The notes under the pieces: model-generated
What the model was told of the DNA's origin: nothing
The model's input: the letters and a program-made list of their open reading frames with translations, nothing else
Databases searched by the model: none
Source of the DNA: Squalus acanthias
Taxonomy: Eukaryota
Assembly: GCA_030390025.1 (NCBI GenBank)
Contig: CM059432.1
Span: 62,188,001 to 62,252,000 of the forward strand
DNA length: 64,000 nucleotides
Reading direction: 5' to 3'
Program-made: the position numbers and the translations under genes
Part shown: positions 13,096-25,619 of the stretch, piece by piece
Numbering within the stretch: the stretch's first letter is position 1
Layout of the letters: the number at the start of each line of letters is the position of its first letter

Positions 13096-15647
13096 AAAAA
13101 GTGAAGAAGGATGTTCGAGACATCAACAACCCCCGCCCCCCCCCCCCCCCCCCCCGCCAAAAAAAAAAGGTTCTTGTTGGCCATTTCTATTCTCCTTTCC
13201 TTCCATCTTCATTTTGAAAATTTATTTTCCTTCTATATCACCTGAAAATTGGTGTACTTTCACAAATAGCCATCTTATTCACTTAATATCAGCTGAGTCT
13301 CATGAGCAAACAATGACACACCCGTACCAAAATTTCAGATGCGGGCCAAAAAAAAATCTTTTTGTATGTTATATTAAAGATTGCAAACTCTTTTTTCCCC
13401 TGTAGTCACTTTTATAGAATATCTAGTTTTCCAGTCAGATTAAGAAAATCAGATATTTTAATCAACTCATTGAATTGACTTTGACACAACTAATTTACTT
13501 AATATTTTGATAAGAAACTGATATTTATTTTGGGGCTGGTGGTAGATAAGTTAAACCCGATTCCATGCAGATGTGTATCTCCTGTTACTACCAGGTTAGG
13601 AGAAAGTGGCGACATCCCTATCAGTTGGTTTTGAAATGAGGGTTAAATTCAGCAGGCAAAACCTGCATGTACTGACCATCTCAAGGCATTGTAAAGCCTC
13701 AGTATTCCTATAATGAATTTTAAAAACTTAAACTTATTGACCTTCCTGTGAAACTATGTATTAGAATAATGGCAGAAAAGCCCATAAGGGAGTGTGATCA
13801 TCCAAATACAAGAGTGTGTGTTGGAAATGGTGTAAACAAAATAGTGGTGGTATACCGTTGAGAGAACTAAGGCTCATAAAAACTAAGTGTATAGCATGAT
13901 ACTTATCTAGGAGTAGAAAAAATGGAATAAATAGGAGATGGAGCCAATGTAGAACAAAGTCAAGCACCACAGAACAAAAAGAATGATGTTGGGATCTTAG
14001 GAAGAGCATGAGTTGCAATTGAGTTATGTAATCCCGTTGCATGTGTGCAGATTCTGGAAAGCTGACCAGCATGCAGAATCCATAATTCAATTTTACAATG
14101 AAACTTAGTAATTTTTTTTTTACTTTCTATTACTATGGCTGACTATGATCCTAGTTTAGACGTTCAAACCTATTTTATTTCAATGGCGTAAGGTTGATTG
14201 TGGAACAGTGTGCTTGGAATTGGTTTAATTTGAACTAAGATGAACTGCAATACATATCTGGCAAATTGATGGTGTATGCAACATGAACAGAGTCAGGTCT
14301 AAAGTAGCAAATGTAATGATTACATTCAGTTTCTGATTTGACCTGAATGCAGTTTCTCAGTACAAGTAGCTAAAGGCCATGAGTTGTTTGAGGTTGCTGC
14401 AGTTAGTTTGGTGTACACTGTGTTTTAAGTTCTCTGAAATACTTAGTTTGCTATGCTGTCGAAAGATGCTGAGAATCTGCAGTGATGAGCATTACTGAAA
14501 CTTAAGTTCCAGTTACTGGAATTCTAAGAATCACTTTATTGAATTACAACAGTTTCTCTTTGCGTGGCAGTGGTGACAGACGTTATCTTTATATTACTTT
14601 CATTCATAAGACTTGACAGTGGTTATGTGAAAGTCTGGCAATATCACAGGTTGCCTCTAAATGTGAAACTATTAATTTAGCACAGACTCAAATCGAACAT
14701 TTGGAATATCATTTTTATTTAATTCATAAGAATTTTTGTAAATGCCATCCTTCGTAACGTTACTTCCAGTGCACCATAAAGGGAAAATCCTTTCTGTACA
14801 GATTGCAATGCATAATTAAAGCTATTTGATTATTAGTTATGCACATAATGACTTTCTATGTGCTGTATAATATATTTTGTTTATATTTTGGCACTTAAAT
14901 TAAAACAAGCTTTCTTTTTTACTGGTTGGCATCTGTCTCTATGACATGCTCATACATAATTAGATGGGGAGGCGGTTTCACACTGTAGGTCAGCATTTTG
15001 GGGCCCACATGTTGGCATTTGCTAACAAAAATCAATGTGGACGGCACACCTCTCCCCTCAGCAACACCCCAACCCAAGGTAGTTCCAGACACTGCATACT
15101 ATGGTTGGGAATTCTTGAGTGGACAGGAACTTCTGTCTGCAGTATGCAATGGCCTGAATCACTTCCATTTGCAGCTCAGGTTTAAGCAACACTGAGGCAA
15201 AGAGGGGAAATGGATGGTAATGAAAGGGAGCGGGAAATGGGTTACAATGAAAGGAAGAGGGAAGGAGTAGGAAGCTGGAAATGATGCTTTGAGGTGGTGG
15301 AGGAAGGAAAGTTGTAGCTTGAACTGGAGTGGTGCAGTATAGTGCCAGCATCAACTGAAGGATGATAGAAGAATTCTAGCTTGAACTGACGGGAAATAAT
15401 TGAGTCTCATTTCTGTTTGGCACCTCCCAGATAATGTGTGTGGTTGAAATTGTGGAACTCAATTCAGTACACAGAAAGTCTCCTATTACAAGATCACAAC
15501 AACATTTAGGCCCATTTTAGTTCATCCACCCAGAATGACTCTCAACTCCCCCATTACAACATCCTATTGGTTGTAAAAAGATTTCAGGGTTTTCAATAAT
15601 CTGATTGAATGGCAAGCAGTTGTATTCTTTCATCAGAACAGAACACG

Positions 15648-16084
15648 GGGTACGGTAGCATAGTGATTATGTTACTGGACTAGTCATCCAGAGGCCTGGA
15701 CGAATGATCCAGAGATGAGAGTTCAAATCACACCACGGCAGCTAATACAGCTAATTAAATTTTAAAAAATCTGGAATAAAAAGCTAGTATCAGAAATGGT
15801 GACCATGAAACTGCTGGATTTTCGTAAAAATCCATCTGGTTCACTAAAGTCCTTTTAGGGAAGGAAATCTGCCGTCCTTACCTGGTCTGGCCCATATGTG
15901 ACTCCAGATCCACTGTGGTTGACTCTTCACTGCCCTCTGAAATGGCCTAGCAAGCCACTACGAAAACTTCTAATAGCACTGTGGGATTAGCGGTTCAAGA
16001 AGGCGTCTCACTACCACGTTCTCAAGGGCAATTAGGGATGGTCTTGCCAGCGACGCCCACATCCCATAAACAAATAAAAAAAAG
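15648..16084 (+). mobile_element. tRNA-derived SINE with LINE-derived 3' tail
   Basis: Head with ggtagcatagtg and gagttcaaatc boxes. The 3' end (ggttcaagaagg...caagggcaattagggatgg...gccagcgacgcccacatccc + A-rich) matches the 3' ends of the LINEs at 42009 and 45405. Confidence 0.8.
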
Positions 16085-16338
16085 TTGTTACACTTATAGC
16101 GATTTGTTGCCATGGATCACAGCAGTTTTAGTATTCTATTTCAAATGTCTGACTGACAGTTTGGTTTTCTTTGTTCCAATGTGATCTTTTGCTTCAACAT
16201 GTAAATAGTAGGAGTTGTAATAAATCAGGCAGAATTGATGTTTGATTCATGTCATTGTTTTAAAGCAGTACATTTATTGACAAAGTAATAAAACCAGTTT
16301 GATTTATTACTGTAATTTTTCAAACTTGTTTCTTCTAG

Positions 16339-16543
16339 GCAGAAACTTGATATCCAGGATGAAAAAGTTCCTGTTATTTTGTGCACTTACTTTAGTCAGA
16401 AGATATTTTCAAAAAAGGTTGCTGGAATGAAAGCTAACGATTGTTGTCCAGGAAAATCTGTGATATTCAGGAAAGCTCCAATGTCTTTAGCTGTGAAATT
16501 TAACCTTACTGATTCAAGACAAAAGCATCATTCAGCTGATCAG
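16339..16543 (+). CDS. SPIDR: SPIDR coding exon A (scaffold protein involved in DNA repair)
   Basis: ttcttctag|G acceptor and CAG|gtgagc donor. Translates (W)QKLDIQDEKVPVILCTYFSQKIF...PMSLAVKF...DQ, resembling human SPIDR WQKLIIPSGSCPVILNTYFCEK...ISLAQMF. Length 205 nt, phase 2 in, phase 0 out. Confidence 0.9.
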
Positions 16544-17430
16544 GTGAGCTTCCATGCATTTTTGCAGTTTTGTTTTGTGAATGCTTTCATCAAGACGAAA
16601 GATATTAGTTACAGTAAATAAAACACTTTGGGCACCCAGTGCCACCATCAAGCAACCCCAGATTGAGCATAGCCCATTTAGATGCAGAGGAAAGTCCCTT
16701 CTACCATGCTCTGACAATGCCCTAATATCAGATGAGCACTGGACTACCATGACAGTTATCCATTTCCCACAATAGCCTTTCTCTAGATCCTGTTTTCTAA
16801 TTTCCTGTTACACACTGAATTAGGGCAGTTCCATATTGTGGATCCTTGCCCTTTAGGAACTGGATTAAGACTGGCCATGTCATTTCATATTAGACTTTTT
16901 AAACCAATAGTGACAGAGGAAACTTTTATTTCAACGTTGGAACCTGGGTTCCAACCCAGCCCACTCTCTTAGATTGGGCTGGATTTAAAACCAGGTTCTC
17001 AAGGTGAACAGCCAGTGCCCATCCAATGCATTTAGAGTTTAACCAAACACTTGTACAAATTAAACATCATAGCTGAATATTTAAATTTAGGGATTTTAGT
17101 AATCTTAATGTTGTGTTTATTTAAATGCACACACATCATTTTCCCATTTTTCATGCTGTCCCCATTATTATCATTTCCCACACACGTGGCTGCCCCAGGC
17201 CCTACCGTTCAGCCTTGAAGTACCTGGCCTTAGTGAGCTGCATTCAGTTTTCCCTACCACTATGAAACCATTTAACCTCTGCTTTGTGTTTGATAATGCA
17301 GCCAAGATTTCTGACTTTTTATAGCAAACTGCATGCACCATGCAGCAGTACACATTGTTGCTAATTTCTAATGACATCATTCCATGGTAACATCTTAACG
17401 GGTTCTTTTTAAACCTGGGATTGCGGTGAA

Positions 17431-17619
17431 GTAATAGGCTACCTGCTTAGGGTAATAGGCTACCTGCTTAGGGTAATAGGCTACCTGCTTAGGGTAATAG
17501 GCTACCTGCTTAGGGTAATAGGCTACCTGCTTAGGGTAATAGGCTACCTGCTTAGGGTAATAGGCTACCTGCTTAGGGTAATAGGCTACCTGCTTAGGGT
17601 AATAGGCTACCTGCTTAGG
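17431..17619 (+). repeat. Perfect minisatellite, 9 x 21 bp (GTAATAGGCTACCTGCTTAGG)
   Basis: 189 bp of identical units. The minus-strand ORF shows PKQVAYY nine times. Confidence 0.97.
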
Positions 17620-17631
17620 GTGAAAGCTCCC

Positions 17632-17763
17632 GATTTCAGGTTGATGACATTTCGGCAGAACCCAAGATGAAAGATCATCAATTTGAAATGTTAACTCTAA
17701 CTTCCTCTCTCCATAGATGTTGCCGGAGCTGCTGAGTGTTTCCAGCATTTTTTGTTTTTATTT
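17632..17763 (+). mobile_element. Degenerate Penelope-like terminal fragment with decayed hammerhead motifs
   Basis: gatgaaagatcatcaatttgaaatgttaactct...gctgctgagtgtttccagc is a diverged version of the 38.7-kb element. It is preceded by an inverted remnant, tttcaggttgatgacatttcggcagaac. Confidence 0.65.
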
Positions 17764-18339
17764 AAGATGCCTGTAGGTGGCTGATGTGGGGTATGCAATG
17801 TGCACTATACCAAATATTTGCCAATCATATCAACTATTGCTTTATATGACAAGCATGTCACTAAACATCGGCTTGTTAGGTGGCTTATGGAATATGTTCT
17901 GTATTTCTGCCATTTACCTGGCAGGAAACCTGTGAAGTCATTAAGGTCATTCTACCCATTCTATGGCTGCTTCATGAACATCATGGAACATGTGTCAATC
18001 TTTATCATATGTAAAGCAGCTACATGAAGTAATTGCATATCTTCACCAAACATTATTGCTTGAACTTTGTAGCTGTGGTAAGCACATTGCTTTGCAAGTC
18101 TGTTCTGGTAGCTAGAATACCTGTTCCCTTGCAAGTATCCCTCTCTTTATCCTGAGGTGCTAATTGCTCAGTTTCTAGTGGTGTGTGCAATATGTAGAAG
18201 AAAGGTTACCTACCTTATTGGCTGGTCTTTATTCTTTTAACGACCATATTCCATACATAGCTCCCACTCGGCTAATAAACATTTTTGCTTTCATGCATGC
18301 TTTGCGACAAAAATGAACTGACCTCTAGGGTGGGTCTGT

Positions 18340-18752
18340 CTCTTTTTTCTCCCCAATTTTCTCTTTCCCATCTGCACTGAAAGTGTCAAATTCTTGGTAA
18401 AGTAAGATACCAGGGGAGCCTTATTTCCAAGGTTTACAAGTAGCTATTATTCACATGGAAGCCTTGACGATGAGTATCAACAAACTAATCATTTGTGGGC
18501 ATCACAACTGCATCTAGTCCTATTCTTACCTGACATCCACGCATTCTGGTCAAGGTTGCTGGATAGTCGTCAAGAGTGGGAGCCCAAGATTCTATTTTTT
18601 CTCATCTTAGCTCAGGATTGCTGAAGCCAATCATCGAACCCCCCACCATTGCCCCAGCTGAGATTAGTTAGCTCAGCACAGACCAGGCATTGAACATAGG
18701 TCCTTCCTGGTCCGTATGCCTCGGTTTTGCACTCTCCAAGCCATCGGGGGAG
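18340..18752 (-). mobile_element. Ancient tRNA-derived SINE (same family as 35745-36095)
   Basis: Reverse complement of ctggtctgtgctgagctaactaatctcagc and the shared downstream body. Confidence 0.55.
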
Positions 18753-19429
18753 CCTGAGGTAGATACTGTAATACCGTTTAGAATGAGGGTGGTTACATGG
18801 AGATGCATCTGCAGTTGTAATATATCACAAAATATCTTGCAGGGATATCATCCTTTGTGATTTTTCCCAGTAGAAGCTGGCCCATTGCCAGACTGCTCCA
18901 GCAGTGTGTGGCCGATGCTTATTAGAAGAAGAAAGAAGGCCCTACAAGGCAATAACTCTTTTTCCTTCAGCTGGGTGGAGAGCGACTTTCTACTTTCGTT
19001 GTTCAAGTGGAAATAAATTCAAAAATTTCACGAGAATTCTCTATTCATAGTCCACATCCATTCTGTGCATCAGCAAACGCAGCATTTCATTTTCCAATGA
19101 ATGACCAGACATGGCTACTCATTAATCTCCTCTCCTCCAACTCATAAATCCCTCCCAATGGCCATAAAGGCAATTGCAAATATCTATACAGTGCAGGCTT
19201 GAGGGGCAGATCACAAAATGCAACTGTTGTGAAAATATTGCTGTATATGATTAACCATGCCATCTCACTTGGTAATATTTTCCAAACTTCAGCCAACTTG
19301 CCAGATACAGGCTGAATTGCACCAAACGTAGGACATGTTAGTTGCACAGGAGACCCTCCAAACATACAAGAATTCTACCCGATTGCATGGTTGGAAATGG
19401 ATTCCATATAACAATATCACAGCTTCTCC

Positions 19430-19700
19430 CACCACAATATTGATGCCGATTTAGACAGATGGAGAACCTTGCTCATAGGACTACTTAAAGTGTAAAGTCA
19501 ATGAAGATGAATGTGCTACCTCACCTGCCGAATGTATTTCAAGTTCTCTTGGTCAGAATTCCTAATTCAGATTGCAGCAATCGCAGGACATCAGCAAACA
19601 CATCTCAAAATTTGTATAGAGAGGCAAGTGACCACAATATGCTTCATTCAAATGCAAATCTCAAATTGCAGCTGCTAAAACATATGGATAGACATGGAGA
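19430..19700 (+). mobile_element. Ancient L1-clade ORF2 relic
   Basis: DADLDRWRTL...MKMNVLPHLPNVFQVL resembles the L1 ORF2 post-RT motif DLxRW...IKMNVLPRLLYLFQ. Confidence 0.5.
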
Positions 19701-20416
19701 GCAAAGCCTCTGACCAACATTTCTCTTTCCCCTCCCCCTACCCATGCACACACATCCCTTGCTCTTTGTACATCCCTGAAAAAGCTGAGGCATTTCGTAG
19801 GTGAGCTTATGGAAGGAATTTCAGAGCTGAATGCACAACCGCCGGTTGTGGGGCCAAGGGAGGGGATAACAAAAGGAGCCAGACTCGAGAATGAAGAATT
19901 CAGGGATTGTAGTGCTGGAGGAGGCCTCTCGAGTGACCATGGTAGTGGCTGGAAAAGTCATTGGTAGAGATGCTCTGAGTATGATTGATGCTTGCCTAAC
20001 TGCAACCCAAACATGGTTGGCACGAGTCTTGGCTATATGAGTGCATGTTCTCATCCCAAACCTCCAGCTCACACCTGTCATCTATCATTACAAGTCTGAG
20101 TTTCATCATCGCCTTTATGACAGATGCCTGCTTTGTGGAAATTTCTACATAGAGCAGCTTGCACCATGCTGACTACCTTGATGTTCTAGACATCTAAGTA
20201 CGAAGCCAAATACCAGGTTTACTCAATGCCAAGTGCTTAATCCAGGTCCTCATGGGAAGGGCTCTGCCATGAGGCTGACTTCCCTTTCAGGGTACTCGGT
20301 GACAGGTCAGTGTAGGTTGGAGTGCTCCCTTGCTGTAGCCACTTCCTCTATTTGCCACAACTACACTGACATCTTAGTCTGAATCTTAAATAATTGTTAA
20401 TGTTTTCCCAATACAG

Positions 20417-20703
20417 GATAACACAACAACTAGAGGGAATGCTGAAAGTATATCATCGACCCAGCAGGAGAAACAAATAAAGATGTTGGGCTTTGAACAT
20501 CGGTTTTCGGCTAACAGTGTATGCGACTCGCTTCTCGAAGTAATTGAAAACCAGGGAGCAGCAGGATGGGCAAAGCAAAATCTGAAAGTAGTTATACAGA
20601 GAGTGTACTGTCTTCCCATTAAAGATGTTCTTCACAATCAACTGACCAGAAACAACCAATCAGATAATTGTCTACCTTCAAATGTAGGTCAACAAAATGC
20701 AAG
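20417..20703 (+). CDS. SPIDR: SPIDR coding exon B
   Basis: atacag|GAT acceptor and AAG|gtaagc donor. Contains DSLLEVIENQGAAGW...LKVVIQRVYCLP, versus human DSLLDVVESQGAASW...VRVVVQRVYSLP. Length 287 nt, phase 0 in, phase 2 out. Confidence 0.93.
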
Positions 20704-22167
20704 GTAAGCCCTGGACTGAAATATTGCAACCAAACTGTCATCATTTACTTTTTTTTACTGATAAACCCAGGAGAAGGACCACGGTTCATAAAGCAGAATG
20801 ATGCCAAGAGAGTAGCAGCAAAAACAAGGTAAATAAGGAATTGGTAAATAGAAGGTACCAAGCTTGGGTTTTGAAAGCCTGAAGATTGTAGGAGGAAGTG
20901 AAGAATGAGCAAGGTAATGGGTTCACACTTTTAAGGTCCTAAGAAAGAATGAGTTAGTCAGTGAGCGTCTCGATTTCAACATGCAGAAAAGAGAATACAA
21001 ACATCAAACTCCTTGGCTCAGCAATACGAGCTTCCCTGGGATAAACAGAGGGCAAACCTGTTTAGAAAAGCTAACAGAATTGGAATCCCCAAGAAAGATT
21101 CGTTCAGTCCCTCTAGTCATAGACGTTCACAGCACAGAAGGAGGCCATTTAGGCCATCATGTCTGTGCCAGCTGTCTGAAACAACTATCCAGTTAGTCCC
21201 ATTCTCCTGCTCTTTTCCCATATCCTTTTAATTTTTTATTTTTCTAAGATTTATCCACTTCCCTTTTAAAAGCTATTATGGGTTCTTATTCCACTGTTGT
21301 TTCTGGTAGGCCATTCCATGTCCTAACAAGACTCTTAAGTAAAAAAAAAATTCTCCTAACATCCCCTTTTGCACATTTGATGATTTAAAATTATGTTGTC
21401 AAGTTACCATCTCAATAGTTTATCTCAATTTACCTCATCAAAACCCTCATAATGTTGGGCTCCTCTCTCACTCAGTAATGGCACTGTTTTACTACAAAGT
21501 CTCGCTCTGCCCACTAATGGAATATTGTAGCCTTGTTTGGAAGGCTGGTTGGCCTACTCTAGCAGTTCTCAAACTTTTGCAGGCTGTGCCTCACCAAAAA
21601 TCCTCATACTGTTGCTCACCCCACTAATTATGGATACTATTACCATTAGATCTGAAGAAGTGGAAACCAAGACCTACAAATGTAAGTGTTGTGACCCATT
21701 TGGAAGTAGGAGAGGCTGACTAGAATTGTGGTCTTGGCAGGGATGCCCCATTTTCCTGCCGTTTTGGGGCAGGATAGTGGATGAAAATCCAGCCCAATAT
21801 GTCTCTTGTGAAAACTGTGTCCATATTTGGTTATTGCTCAAAATAGTCAAACAAATATCTATCATTATTTCTGAATTAAGTTGTCTGAGAAAAGTGCCTG
21901 CCATAGAAAATGAACTTGTATTTATTCCTGAAAAGGAAAGTGGAAAGTAAGGGGGAGTGGGGGAGGGAAGAACTTTTTTAGTTTAGTTGCAGCTAAAAGT
22001 TCCCTGTCCCTTTCCAGTATGTGGTATATTCACAGGACATCTTCCACCCTGGATACAGTACACTTTTCCCAGACAATTCTGGCAGAAGGTATGCGTAGTG
22101 AAGTTTAACGTGATACTCTAAATGTTATAGAGTCCTAGCTGCTGCACTATCTGTGGAGCATGTGGTC

Positions 22168-22995
22168 CAATAGGAACAGGAGTAGATCATTCAGCCCCTT
22201 GAACCTGTTCCGCCATTCAATTAAATCATGGCTGATCTGTATCTTAACTCCATCTACTTGCCTTGGTTCTGTAACCCTTAATACCCTTGCCTAACAAGAA
22301 TCTATCAATCTTAGTTTTGACATTTTCAATTGACCTAGCCTCAACGGCTTTGTGGGGGAGAGTGTTCCAGATTTCCACTACCCTTTGTGTAAAGAAGTGC
22401 TTTCTGACATCACCCCTGAACGGCCTAGCTCTAATTTTAAGGTTATGCTCCCTTGTTCTGGACACTCCCACCAGAGGAAATAGTTCTCTCTATCTACCTT
22501 CATCAAATCCTTTACTCATCTTAAACACCTCAACTAGATCACCCCTTCATCTTCTATATTCAAGGGAATACAAGTCTAGTCTATGCAACCTGTCCTCATA
22601 ATTTGACCCTTTTTGCTCCGGTATCATTCTGGTGAATCTGCACTTGCACCCCCTCCAAGGCCAATATATCCTTCCTGAGGTGCGATGCCCAGAACTGAAT
22701 GCAGTGCTCCAGATGGGATCTAACTAGAGCTCTGTACGGCTGTAACATAACTTCCACCCCTTTGTATTCCAGCCCTTTTGAGATAAAGACCAACATTCCA
22801 TTAGCCATTTTTATTTTTTTTGTACCTGTCCACAAGCTTTCAGTGATTTCTATACTTGGACCCTTAATCTCTCTGCTCCTCTACAGTTCCTATCTTCTCG
22901 CCATTTAGAAAATACTCTGATCTATCTTTCTTAGGTCCGTAATGGATGACCTTGAACTTCCCCACATTGAATCCATCTGCCACAATTTTGCCCAA
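22168..22995 (-). mobile_element. CR1 3' fragment
   Basis: YRALVRSHLEHCIQFW, ARPFRGDVRKHFFTQRVVEIWNTLP, and a CR1 3' UTR. Confidence 0.88.
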
Positions 22996-24269
22996 TAAAC
23001 ACAAAAAACATTCTCAGCATGCAAATTGAATACCATCCTCATGTCTGCACAACGCTGCATCCATTTACTCCATGTGCCATCCATGGGATCCAAGTTTCAG
23101 CAGCTAAGCAAGCACCTCAGTCATGGTGTCTAATGCAGGGACTGCACGCCAGCTGCTCCTATTTTTAAGTATTTGTACTGGAAAAACATGTTGCACTCGC
23201 TCATTAATACTCCTGCTCATCCTCACATAAACTCGGTCACTAACTGTGAGGACAACATCACTCTTAAATTCTGGTTAAATGAATCTGCCTCTTGCTGTAC
23301 TCCATTGTCAACTATCTTCTGCCCTACTCTTTGGTCTATCTATCTGCTAGAGTTGGAGAGTTATGGCCAGACTATCGGCAGTCTTGTGACAACCGTAGTA
23401 TCAAAATAGTTGCTAGCATTTTTAAAATCAGATCTCTCTGGGCTTCCTCATGGTTCATATCTTCCTACGGAGATGCTAAGAACACAAAAGTTACTGCCAT
23501 TGTATTGCAGCATTCTGTTTCACTCCAAAAAGTCCATGATTTTCTTGCCTGTAGAACTGATGCCCACCTTAAGCTCTTGGCCCTTGTATGCTTAAGTTCC
23601 ATCACTTTTTGCATGTGAAAGCTCTGGGCTTATTATATGGTACTTTCTGCCTTCATTACGGTTGCCTCAACTGTACAGATGGTTGGGGTGGGAAGGAAAC
23701 TATCTTGCCAGTCACCTTTCAACCATTCATCTCCATTTTTAAAGTAAATTATGGAGAAAGATAACAAAAAGTGAGACTTTACGAGAATGCAAGTGCACCT
23801 GCACCCCACTCTGATTTGTGTTATTGGGCTTGTAGAATTGGCATTGCATTTTTTGCTTTACAACTGTAAAAACTATAGTGGACTCGCTGACCTCAAATTT
23901 GCAATGCTTTTTTTATGGTGACAAATCCAGTAATGCACTGCATAAATACTCCTTGATATTTTCCCAAAGACCAAAACATATTGTGACACTCACCCCATCC
24001 TAAATTGATAAATGTTTAAGCCACAGCACATCTGGGCCCTGAAAGTCCTTGGGTGTTCCTCTAATCTCCTGTCATAACTCCAGCAGGAGTTCGGCAGAAC
24101 CCACCAGAAAATGGCAGAGACCCAGTCTCCATTGTTTTCAGGGAATTTCACCTTTATAAGGGATGAAGCCTCGGCCTAATGTAGTCAGTTGGCGGAGCCA
24201 GGGATTGGGATTCCCGTTGGACTGGCTCAGTCGGGGCCTGCATTATCTGAAGATCACATTTTTTTTTTT

Positions 24270-24735
24270 AAAACAATTTTGATGGGCTCTCTTACACAGG
24301 TTTACTGGTTCACGAATGCCCTCAGGAAAGACAGTTGGCCACCCCTACCTGGTCTGGGCTACATGCCACCCCAATCAGTGTGGTTGACTTTTGACGCCAT
24401 CTGAAGTAGCATAGCCAGCCACTCAGTTGTAAACATTTGCTACCAAGTTCAAAAGTAAGGAGAAGATTGGATGGATGGACCTATCAGCAATGACCCAGGC
24501 ATTGTATCCCTTCCAAGTCACACACCATCCTGACTTGGACCTATATCGCTGTTCCTTCATCATCACTGTATCAATATCCGGGAATTCCCTACCTAATACC
24601 ATTGTGGGAGCAGCATCACCACAAGGACTACAGCAGTTCATGGGAAACGCACACCACCACCTTCCTGGGGTAATTAGGGGTTGGCAGTAAATCCGGCCAT
24701 GCCAGCATTGTCCACATCCCAAGGAAAAAAATAAT
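24270..24735 (+). mobile_element. SINE body plus LINE 3' end (family of 15648 and 42009)
   Basis: ccttccaagtcacacaccatcctgacttgg...taattagggg...cacatccc plus A-rich end matches the reverse complement of 42010-42260. Confidence 0.65.
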
Positions 24736-25619
24736 AAAAAATGTAAACTGGGTCGTGTGCCATCTCAGGTAAAGCTGCATAGAGTTTTGGATACATTTTT
24801 CTTGCAGTAACTTGTGGTAAATTGGCCGAGAAATTTGATTAGGCCGGAAAGCGCGGGCCAAGGCTAACGGCCGCCCACAAAAAGAAGGCAGGCAGCACCG
24901 GTATTTTGGGGCTGCCTGCTGATTTACATGAGCGGAGCGGAGAATCTCTTGTGCAACTCGCTCTTTCTGCCGCAAACCTCAGCAGGAGGCCAAAGGTCGT
25001 GTCTGAAAGATTGGTGCGGCGTTCTCGGGCAATATGCTGTTTCGGATCATTTGGTGATGGGTCCTGGGTTTTGCTGGGTCAGGAGGTATTGAGTCCACTG
25101 ATGGCCCTTGTAGGGTTGGAGCATTGTGCGTTGTGGCACATTACGAGGCATTTGTTTGTCCACGGCTCCCTTCTTACTTTCGCGGACATTTGTCTGGGTC
25201 TTGTGTGGGGTCCACAAATGGGTGCTGGACTGCCTGGTACTCCCACCTTCGCTGGCTGCCATCGATCCAAAGATCTTTCACCCAGATGATTGCTGTGTGG
25301 AGATTTGTGCAGGAAGGCGATGGGGATGCACCGTCTTGCAGCTAGCAGTGACAGTGCACTCGCCTGCATATCGCATAGGGGATTCACTCTCTGGTGAGTG
25401 GTTCTTAAAGCACAGGCTCAGATCTGGAGAGACTGTGACTGGAAACACCACATAAAGGCCGGAATCTTACTGGCGCTGCGAGTTTGGAGGCGGGTCTGCT
25501 GTCAAATGGCAGTGATTGACAGTGGGGCGGAAGTCCACTCTGAAACCACCTCCTTGTTAATTTTCCAAGTGCCAGGTCTGCAAACCGCCGCGCTAACGAC
25601 TTACCGAAAGAGAGAGAGT

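Noticed and set aside
1..16338. Preceding SPIDR exon (expected to end ...PP-TG|gt)
   Set aside because: I found no convincing candidate by eye. It probably lies upstream of the window, though I could have missed it.
17395..17748. ORF with PKQVAYY repeats, or a CRISPR-like array
   Set aside because: The units are directly adjacent with no spacers. The ORF is a by-product of a 21-bp minisatellite plus a repeat fragment in a eukaryotic intron.
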